The position numbers were made by a program, and so were the translations under genes. A DNA stretch of 64,000 nucleotides, from positions 5,644,001 through 5,708,000 of the forward strand of contig NC_087246.1 of the NCBI RefSeq assembly GCF_037042905.1, written 5' to 3'. The notes under the pieces were generated by a model. The model did no database searches and had not been told where the DNA came from. It saw nothing but the letters and a program-made list of their open reading frames with translations. Source of the stretch: Lytechinus pictus. Taxonomy: Eukaryota. Below are positions 52,241 through 64,000 of the stretch, one piece after another. Positions within the stretch are counted from its first letter, which is position 1; the number at the start of each line of letters is the position of its first letter.

Positions 52241-53927
52241 AGAGGAGTATTGTTTATGATTATATATTGTAAGGAAATTCACAATATGTGAATTTGTATG
52301 TCTGAAATACTTAAAATTGTTTTATCTCTATTAAACTTAAACTTAAAGATAGTTTTGGAACCGTTTATTTGTATCTACTATAAAGTTTCTAAACTATTAT
52401 GTGAACATATTTTGAGGTCTTCACTAAAATAAATTTACTTTACCATGAGGGGGTTTATGAATTAACCCAATAATTACATTTTTCCCTTTAGGATTCTTTT
52501 TTTTTTTGCTTGTCAAATTTTTTCGTGGACGAAAATACCCAAAATTTTTGGTTAAAACCCTTTTTTTGGCTTGTCAAAATATTTCGTGGACGAAATACCC
52601 TTAATTTTTTTTTCAGTCAAATTTTTCCTCTGGAAAATGTGCTCCCCCCCCCCCTCCTTCGAAAAATCCTGGATCCGTCCCTGTTAATTTGTATGTAAAT
52701 TTTCTGTTAATGTTGGAATACACATTAACGTTCTCATATGATAGTGAAGAAAGGGCTATTTTGAACGAAGAAAGTACACAAAGACAATGATAATATGGAG
52801 CATATCTGTTTCAACTTACATGTATAACTTTGTTCATCATAATCGGTCAGATTTAAGAATAAGTGATATGGATGACAGTCTCTGGGCAAAAAAATACTCT
52901 GCCGGATTGAAGAACCTTAAAGCGCAATGCCATCTCAAAATGCTTTTCCAGACTTTCATTGAATCAAACAGATGTAGTTAAAAGTGTCTTCAAAACCTTC
53001 TTGTTGAACAAAAGGGACCAATCACACTTTTTTCTTGTTCAGGTAACATTTTGAAACAGTTGGTGTTACATATGCATATTGAATTAAGCTATAAAGTATT
53101 GAAGGCTTATTGTAACCACTATAGTAATGCATTATATACAACTTGAACGTGTAACAAATTTTAGTTTCCTTTATAAGAAATCAAAAGCAAAACATTAATA
53201 TAGACAGTCTCATGTAATATTAACAACTGCTAATTTCATTCATCTCCTGTTCCCCTGCATGCCATCAATTTTTTTGTATCCAGGTGGATCAAATATTTAA
53301 ACCTTTTAAGCACCTAAAAACACAAAAAAATGTCAGCTAATAATTTTCAGGAGAATTTCATTGATTGTACCAAGTTTCGTGCACTTGCTACTTTAACATT
53401 TAATGTTATTTCATAGTCTACATTCATCAGCTTGAAGTATGGTTTATTTAAGTAACAACTGAACGCATGATTATTTTGCACGAGAATATATTTTTGTAGA
53501 TTTTTCATATATTAAGTTACCATTGAAACAGCCTGAGAGACTGTGGTGTTAATGGAATTTTTAAAAATTATTATGGAGCATAGGCTATAAAACATATACT
53601 GTCCTATACTATTGTGGTAGTGAAATTGGAGTGAAATCCACGTTACCCACCTCTCATCAAATCAAAAGTAAAAATTATATTTCATCCTTTTATGTAATGA
53701 AATAACTTGCTACTATTTTTTTTAAACGGAAATCCTATATAAGCAAAATGCCGCAAATTTCCTTGAAATCTCAAAGTCACTGATTATTTTTCTTGTGCAG
53801 AATGGAAAAATTGACATGTCATAAGTTTATGGTCTTTCAAATTATGAAAGGTGTTATATATGAAAATTCTAACACCAAATCATTGAATAAGGACGTTATT
53901 TTATGTTCATTTACAGTTGACGACAAA

Positions 53928-54130
53928 CAGTGGCGTACCTATTTGGATTTTCCACAGGGGGGGGGGCAAAATCGCCCGCACAAAAAAAAAAAGGTCTTCA
54001 AGCTCGTCAGGGGGGGGGGCAAAAAAGGTCTTTCAAGCTCGTCAGGGGGGCAGGGATATGTCTTTTGTATGGGTTGTGGCTCGTCAGGGGGGCAGTCTGC
54101 CCCCCCCCCCCCCCAGTAGGTACGCTAGTG
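53928..54130. mobile_element. hAT-type MITE, family A
   Basis: TSD ACGACAAA (53920-53927, 54131-54138). Confidence 0.88.
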
Positions 54131-55465
54131 ACGACAAATTAATATAAGAACATGTACCAAAACAATTTCATATTGCATCTTAATTATCCATGTAACTTAC
54201 GTTACAGGGAAACTATCGCCCTTGATGGTACTTGAGATTCGTCTGGCAAGTTGATTCTCATAAATGAAAATATTTTCTGTGGTATAATCAGATATCTAAT
54301 ATAAAGAAAACACATTGACACAAAATGAAGTATATTTGAATAAAATATAACTCGCTATGCTTTTTACCTCTTGTAGGTCAATATTGTCACCTGTTTCATC
54401 TAGAGGCAACATTTAATTTACAAACATGGTTGCCGATGGTTTACTGCACTTATGACGTATTATGATTTCAATTATATAGGCTGCAGTCAATAATTGAAAA
54501 GCACTTTAACTTAAATGATAGCGGTAACGTATGTTACATAGGGAAATTTACATCCTGTCAATAATCACACAATAACGAATTAACATGTACTCATATTTCT
54601 CATATATAAACTTAAACGTATGTCACCTGAAAAATAAATCCTGTTTGGACAACTTTTTTTTTTCACTTTTGTGATTTTCCAACTGTGCCGAAACAGTGGT
54701 TTTGGCCCTGACATTTATATTTATATGCGACCGGTTCATCCTAACAAGTAAAACGATGAGAATAATATTAACAGTTTTCGGAAACCTAAAAAAGAAGTCT
54801 GAAATTTTCTGATAACTATTTTGTTGTTCTTTCTTCGATTCAACAAAAGAATACAATATTTTGCACACCCTAATCCAAAACAATTTCAAATACAAATAGA
54901 TATGACAGTTATTTAAAAAAGAATTAACATTTACTTGCTCTTAATGAATTTTCAGGTATTACTTAAATAAGGTGTAAATTGAAAAATATCAGTTTATTCA
55001 ACATGCATGATTGAAAATTATCTTTGCCTAATTGGAGTTAGATTTACTTAATCGAAGCAAGTAAATCATGTAAATTAAAAGACAAGTTAAATCTTAAATC
55101 GTGAAGAGCAAAAAGGAGGAAGTATTACATCCAACCCCTAGCTCCAACCACGGAGACCGATCTACACCATCATGCCCATGTTCTTATAATAAATAATAAT
55201 AATAAAAATAGAACAGTTTTTGTATAGTTTTTGGTCACAATATGTTAATCTATATTGGTCTACTGCATGTTAGCCCCTTAATGCCAAAGTTGAGCGGAGT
55301 TATTGTTATTTTCCAAAATACTACTCTGATAGAAGCCTTTTATCAACGTTTCCTTAAAGTTATTTAAATGATTCATACAATTACGATAATGCATCCAATA
55401 TACGGGTATACCCAAGAACGCTGTGAAATTAAGCCATTTTAACTTATTTCGTTGGTAGATAGAGC

Positions 55466-56601
55466 CAGTGGCGTAACTACGGGGGGGGGCATGGGGGGCA
55501 CGTGCCCCCCCCCCCCCCCCCCCCCCAATCGGCTGGCCAAAAAAAACACGGGGAAGAGGAGAAAAAGAGGGAGAAAGGAAGAGAAACGTAGTGGGAATGA
55601 AGAAATTATTGTTCACTATAATGTTATATTATAATTATGTTATGTTACAATATATAAGAAACATTATTTCATAAGTTTATTTTGCTCAGGCCTAGATGTC
55701 TTCATTGTTCCCGGTACTCGCATTGTCTGTTGAACGTTTTTAAGTCAATATACACAAAATATATTTCCTCGCACTTCGACTTATTATTGTTTTATGTAGT
55801 GACATATGGTTCTTTTTCATGACTACTTAAAGTAATTGCCCCATTTTAAGATGTTAATATAAAACATTTCCTGTCCGTGCTTACGTTCGCACTAGTAGAT
55901 TGGTGAGATATGTCTGCTCTTCATGAATTCCTAAAAATCAGTCCTTAAAATGTCCCTTTTTCTGATCTGAATATCAAAATTTTTCAGCTCGCGCTTCGCG
56001 CTCGCATCATTTGGTTAGTGAAATACGTATCGTATGGTCTTAGTGAATTCTTACAAACAGACCTTAGAATGCCTCTCTTCAGGTCTGAATATCCTAAATT
56101 TTCAGCTCGCGCTTCGCGCTCGCAATATTTGATGAGTGAGATGCGTAGTATCATGATTACAATGACTACAAAAAGTGCTTCATGTGTTTAGATGTAGCAA
56201 AATCAGCAAGCGCTTTGCACTCGCATTAGATGACTATGGTGAGATATGTATACTCTTAATGGATTCCTAAAATATAGTCCTTAACGTCCTTGTTTGGGGT
56301 CAATATTTACAAAAATTTCAGCTCGCGCTTCGCGCTCGCATTGTTTGTTTAGCGAGACAGGTATGTATCATGATTACAAAAATTTACTTATAATGTCCTT
56401 TTTTGGTCTGCATATCAAAAATTTTCAGCTCGCGCTTCGCATTATTTGAGCAGTGACATACATATCCGTTTAATGGCACTGTCTTTAAAATGTCCCTATT
56501 AGGTCAGTATACCTGGCAACTGAGCGCGCTTCGCGCGCTCACTAAGTGACTCAAATATTTTGCTGGTGCCCCCCCAATGCCGTGACTCACGGTACGCATT
56601 G
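55466..56601. mobile_element. Solo family C hAT-type MITE
   Basis: Homologous to 26650-27589; right TIR damaged; no TSD found. Confidence 0.8.
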
Positions 56602-56608
56602 TGTTTTC

Positions 56609-57125
56609 CGCATACATTCGTAATTCCGAAGCTTCGTTATTCCGAAGGTTCGGATATTCCGAAGGTTCGTTATTCCGAAGGTTCGTAATTCCGAAGGTTT
56701 GTTAGTCCGAAAACGAAATGAGGTTCGTAATTCCGAAGGTTCGTTAATCCGAAAAAGAAATGAGGTTCGTAATTCCGAAGGTTCGTTAGTCCATAAACTA
56801 AATGATTAACTAAACTTATTTCGTTTTTCGGACTAACGAACCTTCGGAACAACAAACCTTATTTCGTTTTCGGATTAACGAGCCTTCGGAACAACGAACC
56901 TTATTTCGTTTTCGGATTAACGAACCTTCGGAACATCGAACTTTATTTTGTTTTCGGATTATCGAACCTTCGGAATAACGAACCTTCGGAATAACGCCAC
57001 AAATGTTCGGATTAAAGAACCCTTTTACGTTTTCGGATTAACGAACATCGAGGTATAGGCAATTTGCGTGTTTCGGAATTACGAATCTTCGGAATAAAGA
57101 ACCTTCGGAATTACGAAGTGTAACC
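56609..57125. mobile_element. Family D minisatellite-filled element
   Basis: TSD GTGTTTTC (56601-56608, 57126-57133). Confidence 0.88.
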
Positions 57126-57449
57126 GTGTTTTCACACCCCTAACATTCATAGTAACAACTGGGGCATTAGAATTACAAATTTACATGAATCCGGCGCCCC
57201 TAGGTAAATCGGCGCCCCCCCCCCCCCCTCCTTCCAACCATGGCGAACATCAATTCGGCGCCCCCATATAGAGGCCCGTTATATAGCCCTTTGAAGAGTT
57301 ACAGATTAAGCCCCGGCTGCAGAACGGGGTCTAGCAATCATTTATGAGCTGGTTCGTACACTGGCATGCTATATATATCATCCATCTTTCTTCCCGTTCT
57401 TTTTCTTCTATCTTCGGCCTTCGGCAGTCCAGTCACACTAGCGTACCTA

Positions 57450-60232
57450 TAGTCCAGGATAGAAGGGGTCGAACCTTGTTTTTTTATATATACAATGTTT
57501 TTTTATGGTTTCTTGTCAATTCGAGGGTGCTGATTCCGAATCTGAATGATGCCACTCGTGTAACCTTGAGCATTTTCTGCAAATTGGCAAAATCCAATAT
57601 GGCCGCCAAAATATTCAAATTACCCATGAAAATCATAAAATTGTCCACACATTGGCTTTAAAGTACATGCAATTGTGCTGCCGGAGTGAAATAATATCTG
57701 AAAAAATGATTTTTGTCAAAATATTTATTTTCTTGATATCAAAATGGCCGCCATCATAGACCCCTGTACAATATGAATGGGGAAAATTAATTTTTACAAA
57801 ATTGAGCACTGAAATGCAAGTAATTATGATCTATGAGTGAAGCAATGTCTGTAAACATGATTGCTAACGATATATATCATTTGTTATGTCAGTTATGTGA
57901 TAAATCCTGTATTTTGATATTCAAAATGGCCTTCAAAAGCCCTAACACTATTATGTACAATGTGAATGGTGACACAAAAAAATCACAAGAGTGAGCACTA
58001 ACATGCATTTTGTTGAGATAAACGAGTGGAATACTGACTAAAAACATTTTTAATAACGAAATTTATTATTTAACATGCCATGTATGTGATAAACCCTGTA
58101 TTTTGATATTTAATACGACCGCCAAAGGCCCTAAAATTATGATCTACGATGTGAGAGAGGACAAAAACAATCACAAGGTGAGCACTAAAACGTATTTTTT
58201 GTGGTAAATTAGTGGAATACTGTCTTCAAATATAATTTGCAACGAAATATATTATTCGGGTTTCATATTTGTGTTAAATATTGTATTTTGACTTTCAAAA
58301 TGGCCGCTAAAAGACATTGACTGTATTATGTACAATCGATCTGGGAAACCTATTTTCACATGAGTCAGCACCATAACATGCATATAATTGTGATTTAAGA
58401 GTAAAATATTGTCTGAAAACATAATTCCTAACAAGATATATCATTCATTCTGCCAGGTAGGTGATAAATAATGTATTTTGAAAGTCAAAATGGCCGCTAC
58501 AGGCCCTAACAGTAGGCCTATTATGTACTTTGTGAATGGGAACATATAATTTTAACAGAATTTGGCTTTGCTTGACTAAATGGTGTTGCATGTATGAGTG
58601 AAATATCGTCTGAAAATATGATTTTGTTACCAAATAGATCATTTCTTATGTTATTTAGGTGATAAATGCTATATTTAAATTTCAAAATGGCTGCATTATG
58701 TTTCTTTGTGGAAATTATCTTTCCCCATTCAAATTTTACATATTAAGATAAGGGACTATGGCGGCCATTTTTCATTTTTAAAAGGCTGCATTCATCACCT
58801 TTATGACACAAGCTATGATATATTTCGTTAGAAATCATTGGGTTTAGACAATACTTAACACTTACATCAAAATTAAGCCATTTTCATAGTAAAAATTTTG
58901 TCAAAATTATCTGTCCCCAGTTACAATGTACATACTACTTTGGGCTATGGCAGCAATTTTGAATTTCAAAGTAAGGCCTTTATTACCTTCTCAACCATTA
59001 TGTGATGTATTTAGTCAGAAATCATGTTCAAGACCAAATTTTACCTATACATCACGTAGTTACGTGCGTTTTTGGTTCTCATTCTGGTGATGATTAGTTT
59101 CCCTATACGCATGTTACAGAATTTGTAGGGGCTTGTGCGGCCGTTTTGAAAGTCAAAATACAGTATTTATCACCTATGGGAGAGGAAATGTTATATTTCA
59201 TTAAAAAAATCACGTTTTCAAACAATATTTTCCTTATACAACAGAATTATATGGATTTCATAGTCAGGCAAATCCTAATTCTTTCAAAAGTATTTGTCCC
59301 CATTTACATTGTAGATAATACTGTAAGGGCCCATAGGTGCCATTTTGAATTTTACAATACAGCATTCATCTCATGCATGAAAAATGAAATGATATGTTTC
59401 GCCAGAAATCATGTGTTTAGACAATATTTCACTCGTGTAGATTACAATTGCATTCATTTTATTGTTTTTACTCTTGTGAAAATTAGTTTCTTCATTCGCT
59501 TTGTTCATAATACAGATAGGGCCTATGGCAGCCATTTTGAATGTCAACATGCAGCATAATTACCGAAATTGCAAGGGAAATTATATGTTTCGTTAGAAAT
59601 CCTTGTTGTCAGACGGTGTTACACCAATATTTCGCAGTTATTGGCATTTTAAAGTCAAACAAATTCAAAGGTTGTGAAAATTATTTGTCCCCTTTTATAT
59701 ATTGTACACAGTATAAGGGGTCTATGACAGCCATTTTGAATATCATAATACAGCATTTATCACATTAGATAGTATACAAATGACATAGTTTTGTTAATAG
59801 TCATGTTTTCAGACAGTAGTCCACTCGCAGGTCACAATCACATGCAATAATAGTGCTCTTGTTTGAAAAAATATTTTCCCCATTCATATTCTACATAATA
59901 AAGTATACAGGGGTTATGGCGGCCATTTTTAATATCAATAAAATAAATATTTTGTCAAATATCGCTTTTCCAATTGGTATTTCACTTCTGCACAACAACT
60001 ACATGCATTTTATAGCTAATGTGTTGGCAATTTTATGATTTTCATGGGTAATTTGCATATTTTGGCGGCCATATTGGATTTTGCCAATTTGCGGAAAATG
60101 CTCAAGGTTACAAGAGTGGCATCATTCAGATTCGGAATCAGCACCCTCGAATTGACAAGAAACCATAAAAAAACATTGTATATCTAAAAAAACAAGGTTC
60201 GACCCCTTGTCTATGGGGCCTATCCTGGACTA
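57450..60232. mobile_element. Non-autonomous foldback DNA transposon (Academ-like) inside a family A MITE
   Basis: TAGTCCAGGATAG...CTATCCTGGACTA with 3-bp TSD CTA and ~200-bp TIRs. Internal AAAATGGCCGCC-bearing repeats flip orientation near 58720. Confidence 0.87.
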
Positions 60233-60291
60233 CTACGGGCCAGAACCCATGCAAAGGACGTATCCCTAGGTCCTATAGATACGCCACTGCC

Positions 60292-60519
60292 TAGTGGCGT
60301 ACCTAGGATTTTCAACAGGGGGGCAAAATCGGCCGCCAAAAAATCTGACAAGCAAAAAAAAAAAAAAAAAAAAAAAAGGGCTTCAATCAAGCTCTTCAGG
60401 GGGGGCAATAAATGTCTTCAAGCTCGTCAGGGGGGGCAGGGATATGTCTTTTGTATGGGTTGTGGCTCGTCAGCTAGGGGGGCAGACTACCCCCCCCCCC
60501 CCCCGTAGGTACGCTAGTG
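60292..60519. mobile_element. hAT-type MITE, family A
   Basis: TSD CCACTGCC (60284-60291, 60520-60527). Confidence 0.88.
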
Positions 60520-61109
60520 CCACTGCCCAGTCGTATTATATTTTGTCCCTTTTTTATTCTAAAATTATAGCTTTTGGATTCCATTCTACCTTCATTTCCT
60601 GCTTTCGTTCGTCTTTTTGTCATCTTTAATTTATTTCCCTTTCTTACTAATCATGCTAATGTATTTAGTTTATCGGGGAGAATTGCTTTTTCTCAAATGT
60701 TAATCTTATTTCCTTCGATCCTTTTCCTGTTTTCTTTCCTTTTTAACTTTTTTTTCCTAATTTTCACCTTTTCCATTTTCATTTTCCCCTCTTTTTCTTC
60801 CTTTTTAAACTTTCCCTTTCTCTCCCTTTTCTCTTCCCGTTTTTATTATTTTCCCGGTGAAATCCGCCAGGGGGGCAGGTGCCCCCCCCCCCCCTTATAT
60901 GTCACTGCCTTGATGTATTATTTATGAAGTTATTATGTTTGTATGTTTATTTCAATGCTGTTGAATGTCATTGAAAGAATCAATAAAGAGTACTTTTAAA
61001 AACTGCGCCTTATACCGGTACCTAGCTCATTTTTTAAGGGGCATGTACGTCGGAGACAAAGTCCATGTGGGATCAAAAGTGGGATCCCTTATCCTTTGCC
61101 CTTACCCAA

Positions 61110-61365
61110 AGAACTCCAGCTAGCAAAGAGAGCCCCGGGCGCGCCCCGGAGCTCTCTAGTCTGGGTACGGTACCGCGGCCCGGCCGCGCCGCCCCCATAG
61201 CCAGGTACCGCTCTCGTCAGTCGATCTACGACGCCGTCTAAGATTAAGAGCTAAAAGAAATAATTTTGATCTCGACAAGCTACCCTGGCCCTGGTATCGT
61301 TGTTTCGAGAAGCAGCCAAGAAGACAGCGCTATATTCTTGTCTGGTGGGTTATTCGGTAAGGAAC
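61110..61365 (+). promoter_or_regulatory. CpG/GC-rich candidate promoter and first exon
   Basis: GC-rich island with GC box CCGCCCC at ~61189 and donor-like CG|GTAAGG at ~61357. Confidence 0.35.
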
Positions 61366-62124
61366 ATCCGGATTATTCGTACTAGGCTTTTATTTCTTGT
61401 GTTAAAACTGCCCAATCAAAAATTAACCAGATTTCGAGTGAAGTGTGGCATGATTGTTTAATATACCGCTTAGTGTAGGCCTAGGATGTAGTCCCATATA
61501 CTTATTTTCGTGTTTACCCGCTTCGCGTTTTTGAAATCCTTAAAAGTTTAGCCTTATCGTCAACAAAATATTAATAGACCAGGGGCGGTAACCTGAACAT
61601 TGCCTTTTCTCTATATTTCATCTTTTCACAGAGATATAACAGAAGCAATATTTTGGGAAATTATTGAAGAGACTATAGCCTATACTATACTCTATAGTAG
61701 GCCTATGACTTGGTCTTGAGTTGAATTGTGATTTTGAATTTTTATTTTATAGTAGACGGTCTAATCCCCATTAGCACTTCCATATGACATACTGGGCCTT
61801 ATCGTGAAATTTGTCACCTCTCTTGTCGTGCGTTGAAAATGGAGGACGTATTTTTCTAACTCTCTCAAAAATTGTTTTTGAAATTCAAATTTCGAAGAGT
61901 AGAATATCGTTTGGGGCTTAGTTTTTCCGTATATATCGGATTAGGATCGTACTTATTCCACGGATGTCATTTATATGCCATTTTTTATGCGGATCGATAG
62001 GATTTAGTTGGATTTAAATTGTCGCGGTGAACATCTTTCGCGAGGTGCAACGAGCGCAGTGGACCACCGAACGCAACGTAGAGTTTCAGCGGGGAGCTAG
62101 CCCGATACCTACTCGACGTTCGCG

Positions 62125-63633
62125 ATGGCGTCTGTCGTCAATCCAGCCGCCCGCAACGGGGAATTGACACTACAGGAGGCCATGAAGCGGCTTTCGCCGA
62201 ACGCACTCGCAGATGAAGTTTCACCGACGATCGATTCCACATTAGTTCAAGGAGCGAAAAGGAAAATTCTTCCGAAACGCAAGTCATCGGAATCTGAAAT
62301 CAGCGGTTCGCAGAGATCAAACAAGGGAAACACCAGTAAATCATCATCCAATAAAAACAAACAAGGGAAAGCATCAAGAGATAGGAAATCATCGACTCAA
62401 GCAGAAGAGAAAGAATTCCAATGTGAGTACTGTGATAAAACTGGCATTGAAATTATGATTGAATGTGAATGCTGCAAGCGGTGGTCATGTTTGTTGTGTC
62501 AAGGCATGTCCATGGAAGTGTATGCTGTACTGAGTGACGAAAATAATCATGCTCATTGGTACTGTTTTTACTGTGAAGAGAAGGCTATACAAGCTATCAA
62601 ATCAGTTGAATTGAATGAGCAGAAAACAGCAAACACTCATATCAATTCTGGCTTTACTGCCAACGGAGAACAAGGCAATAGCCGAAGTGCAGATATTCCC
62701 TTCAATCAGTTGGATCAATTTACTCATCAAATATGTGAAATTATGCAAGAAATGAAAGGAATTAAGTCGATGCTAGAGTCTTCAGAGATAAATGACAATA
62801 GAAATAAATCATACGCACATGTAACTAAACAACAAGAAAGAGTGGAGAGTAGGCCTAGAAGTAAAAGCAGTAGGGGCATTGAATCTGACATTAGCCAAAG
62901 CCCGAACTACAATTCAGATTCACAGGCTAGTCATGTGCAACTGCAGCAACAATCTGCACTCATTAACATAGCAACTGTTGATGAAATAGTTGATAGAGAA
63001 AGAAGAAAGCTAAACTTAGTTTTATTCAATGTACCAGAGTCGACAGGTGATAGTTTTCAAGAGCGACAGTGTGAGGATGCAAAAGAGGCTGAAACTATCT
63101 TCTCAACAGGATGTCACGTGGAGGGAGTTAGGATTATGAAAGTCATACGACTGGGAGGGAGGATCCAAAATCAGAACGCCAAGCCCAGGGTTCTGTTGGT
63201 ACAACTTGAAGATGCTACACACAAAAGTGAAATCTTGAAGTCAGCAAAAAACTTGAGAAAAATAGAGAAATGGATGAATGTATTCATTGCTCCAGACATG
63301 ACTAAACAACAGCGATTAGAGCGTAAAGCTCTGAGGGAAGAGCTCAAGAGGAGACGCGAGGAGGGTGAAGAAAACTTGACGATTCGCAGAGGAAGATTAG
63401 TCACCTACAATATTGATGTGAAACTCAAGCAGAAGCGTACAGAGAATGTGGCACATTCCTTCTCCCGGCAGACGAAGGACAAGCAGGTGAAAGAGAATGT
63501 TCAATCCAGCTTCCAACAGTCAGAAGACATACAAGAAGTGCGACCCAGCACTAAACCTAAAGATGGACAAGTTTTAACAGATGAGACAAGGTTAGAAGGA
63601 GCAATAGGAGGAGTTGACCTCGGTGAGTGTTGA
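62125..63633 (+). CDS. CR1-type LINE ORF1 (PHD finger plus L1-transposase/RRM-like region)
   Basis: CxxC...CxxC..W.C..C...WYCxxC finger, RRKLNLVLFNVPES, IRLG...PRVLLV and VFIAPDMT motifs. Directly followed by an endonuclease region. Confidence 0.88.
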   Translation: MASVVNPAARNGELTLQEAMKRLSPNALADEVSPTIDSTLVQGAKRKILPKRKSSESEISGSQRSNKGNTSKSSSNKNKQGKASRDRKSSTQAEEKEFQCEYCDKTGIEIMIECECCKRWSCLLCQGMSMEVYAVLSDENNHAHWYCFYCEEKAIQAIKSVELNEQKTANTHINSGFTANGEQGNSRSADIPFNQLDQFTHQICEIMQEMKGIKSMLESSEINDNRNKSYAHVTKQQERVESRPRSKSSRGIESDISQSPNYNSDSQASHVQLQQQSALINIATVDEIVDRERRKLNLVLFNVPESTGDSFQERQCEDAKEAETIFSTGCHVEGVRIMKVIRLGGRIQNQNAKPRVLLVQLEDATHKSEILKSAKNLRKIEKWMNVFIAPDMTKQQRLERKALREELKRRREEGEENLTIRRGRLVTYNIDVKLKQKRTENVAHSFSRQTKDKQVKENVQSSFQQSEDIQEVRPSTKPKDGQVLTDETRLEGAIGGVDLGEC

Positions 63634-63639
63634 CTACAG

Positions 63640-64000
63640 GAGAGTAAATGTTCAGTTGATGACAATTCAGTGGCATTTGAAACTGGAAATGATTTGAAAG
63701 TTCTATATACAAATGCAGACTCTTTATCAAAATGATTGAGTTGGAAATCATTGTGCATAACTTGAATATTGATATTATTTTGGTGACTGAAGCAAAACCT
63801 AAATCTTCTGTAACAGAATCAACTCTGACTTCATTTAATATACAAGGATTTAATATATTTGGAAACCTTGAAAAGGGCAAGTGCAATTCTCGTGGAGTTT
63901 TGATATACACAAGGACTACACTCAAGGTGATTGAAGTGGAAATGTTTAATGACTTTATTGAATCATCATGGTGTATGATAACTCTACAAGGGAATTCGAA
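63640..64000 (+). pseudogene. LINE ORF2 apurinic endonuclease N-terminus, frameshifted; runs off the window
   Basis: KVLYTNADSL, then a frame change near 63730 to DIILVTEAKPK...QGFNIF...RGVLIY. Confidence 0.8.

Overview
AT-rich animal (eukaryotic) genomic DNA dominated by transposable elements. The repeat style (tRNA-head SINEs, CR1/L2-group LINEs, G/C-run MITEs) suggests a marine invertebrate, probably an echinoderm; this is inference only. Two host genes can be rebuilt by hand on the minus strand from phase-compatible GT-AG exons. The first is a small secreted protein with one CUB-like domain (3 exons, 19644->17354, about 178 aa). The second is an uncharacterised Ser-rich coiled-coil protein of about 1145 aa (8 coding exons, 40680->30413, including a 13-nt microexon). 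The rest is deeply nested mobile DNA: five CR1/L2-group LINE copies or fragments, hAT-type MITEs with 8-bp TSDs (one composite moved as a unit), TTAA-specific Kolobok-like elements, three 2.8-4.3 kb foldback elements with TAGT...ACTA ends (3-4 bp TSDs in two; Academ-like), minisatellite-filled TIR elements with 8-bp TSDs, SINEs, and a perfect 111-bp palindrome. No prokaryotic system or CRISPR array is present. Most short ORFs in the track are spurious. Superfamily names rest on termini and TSD rules and were not checked against any database.
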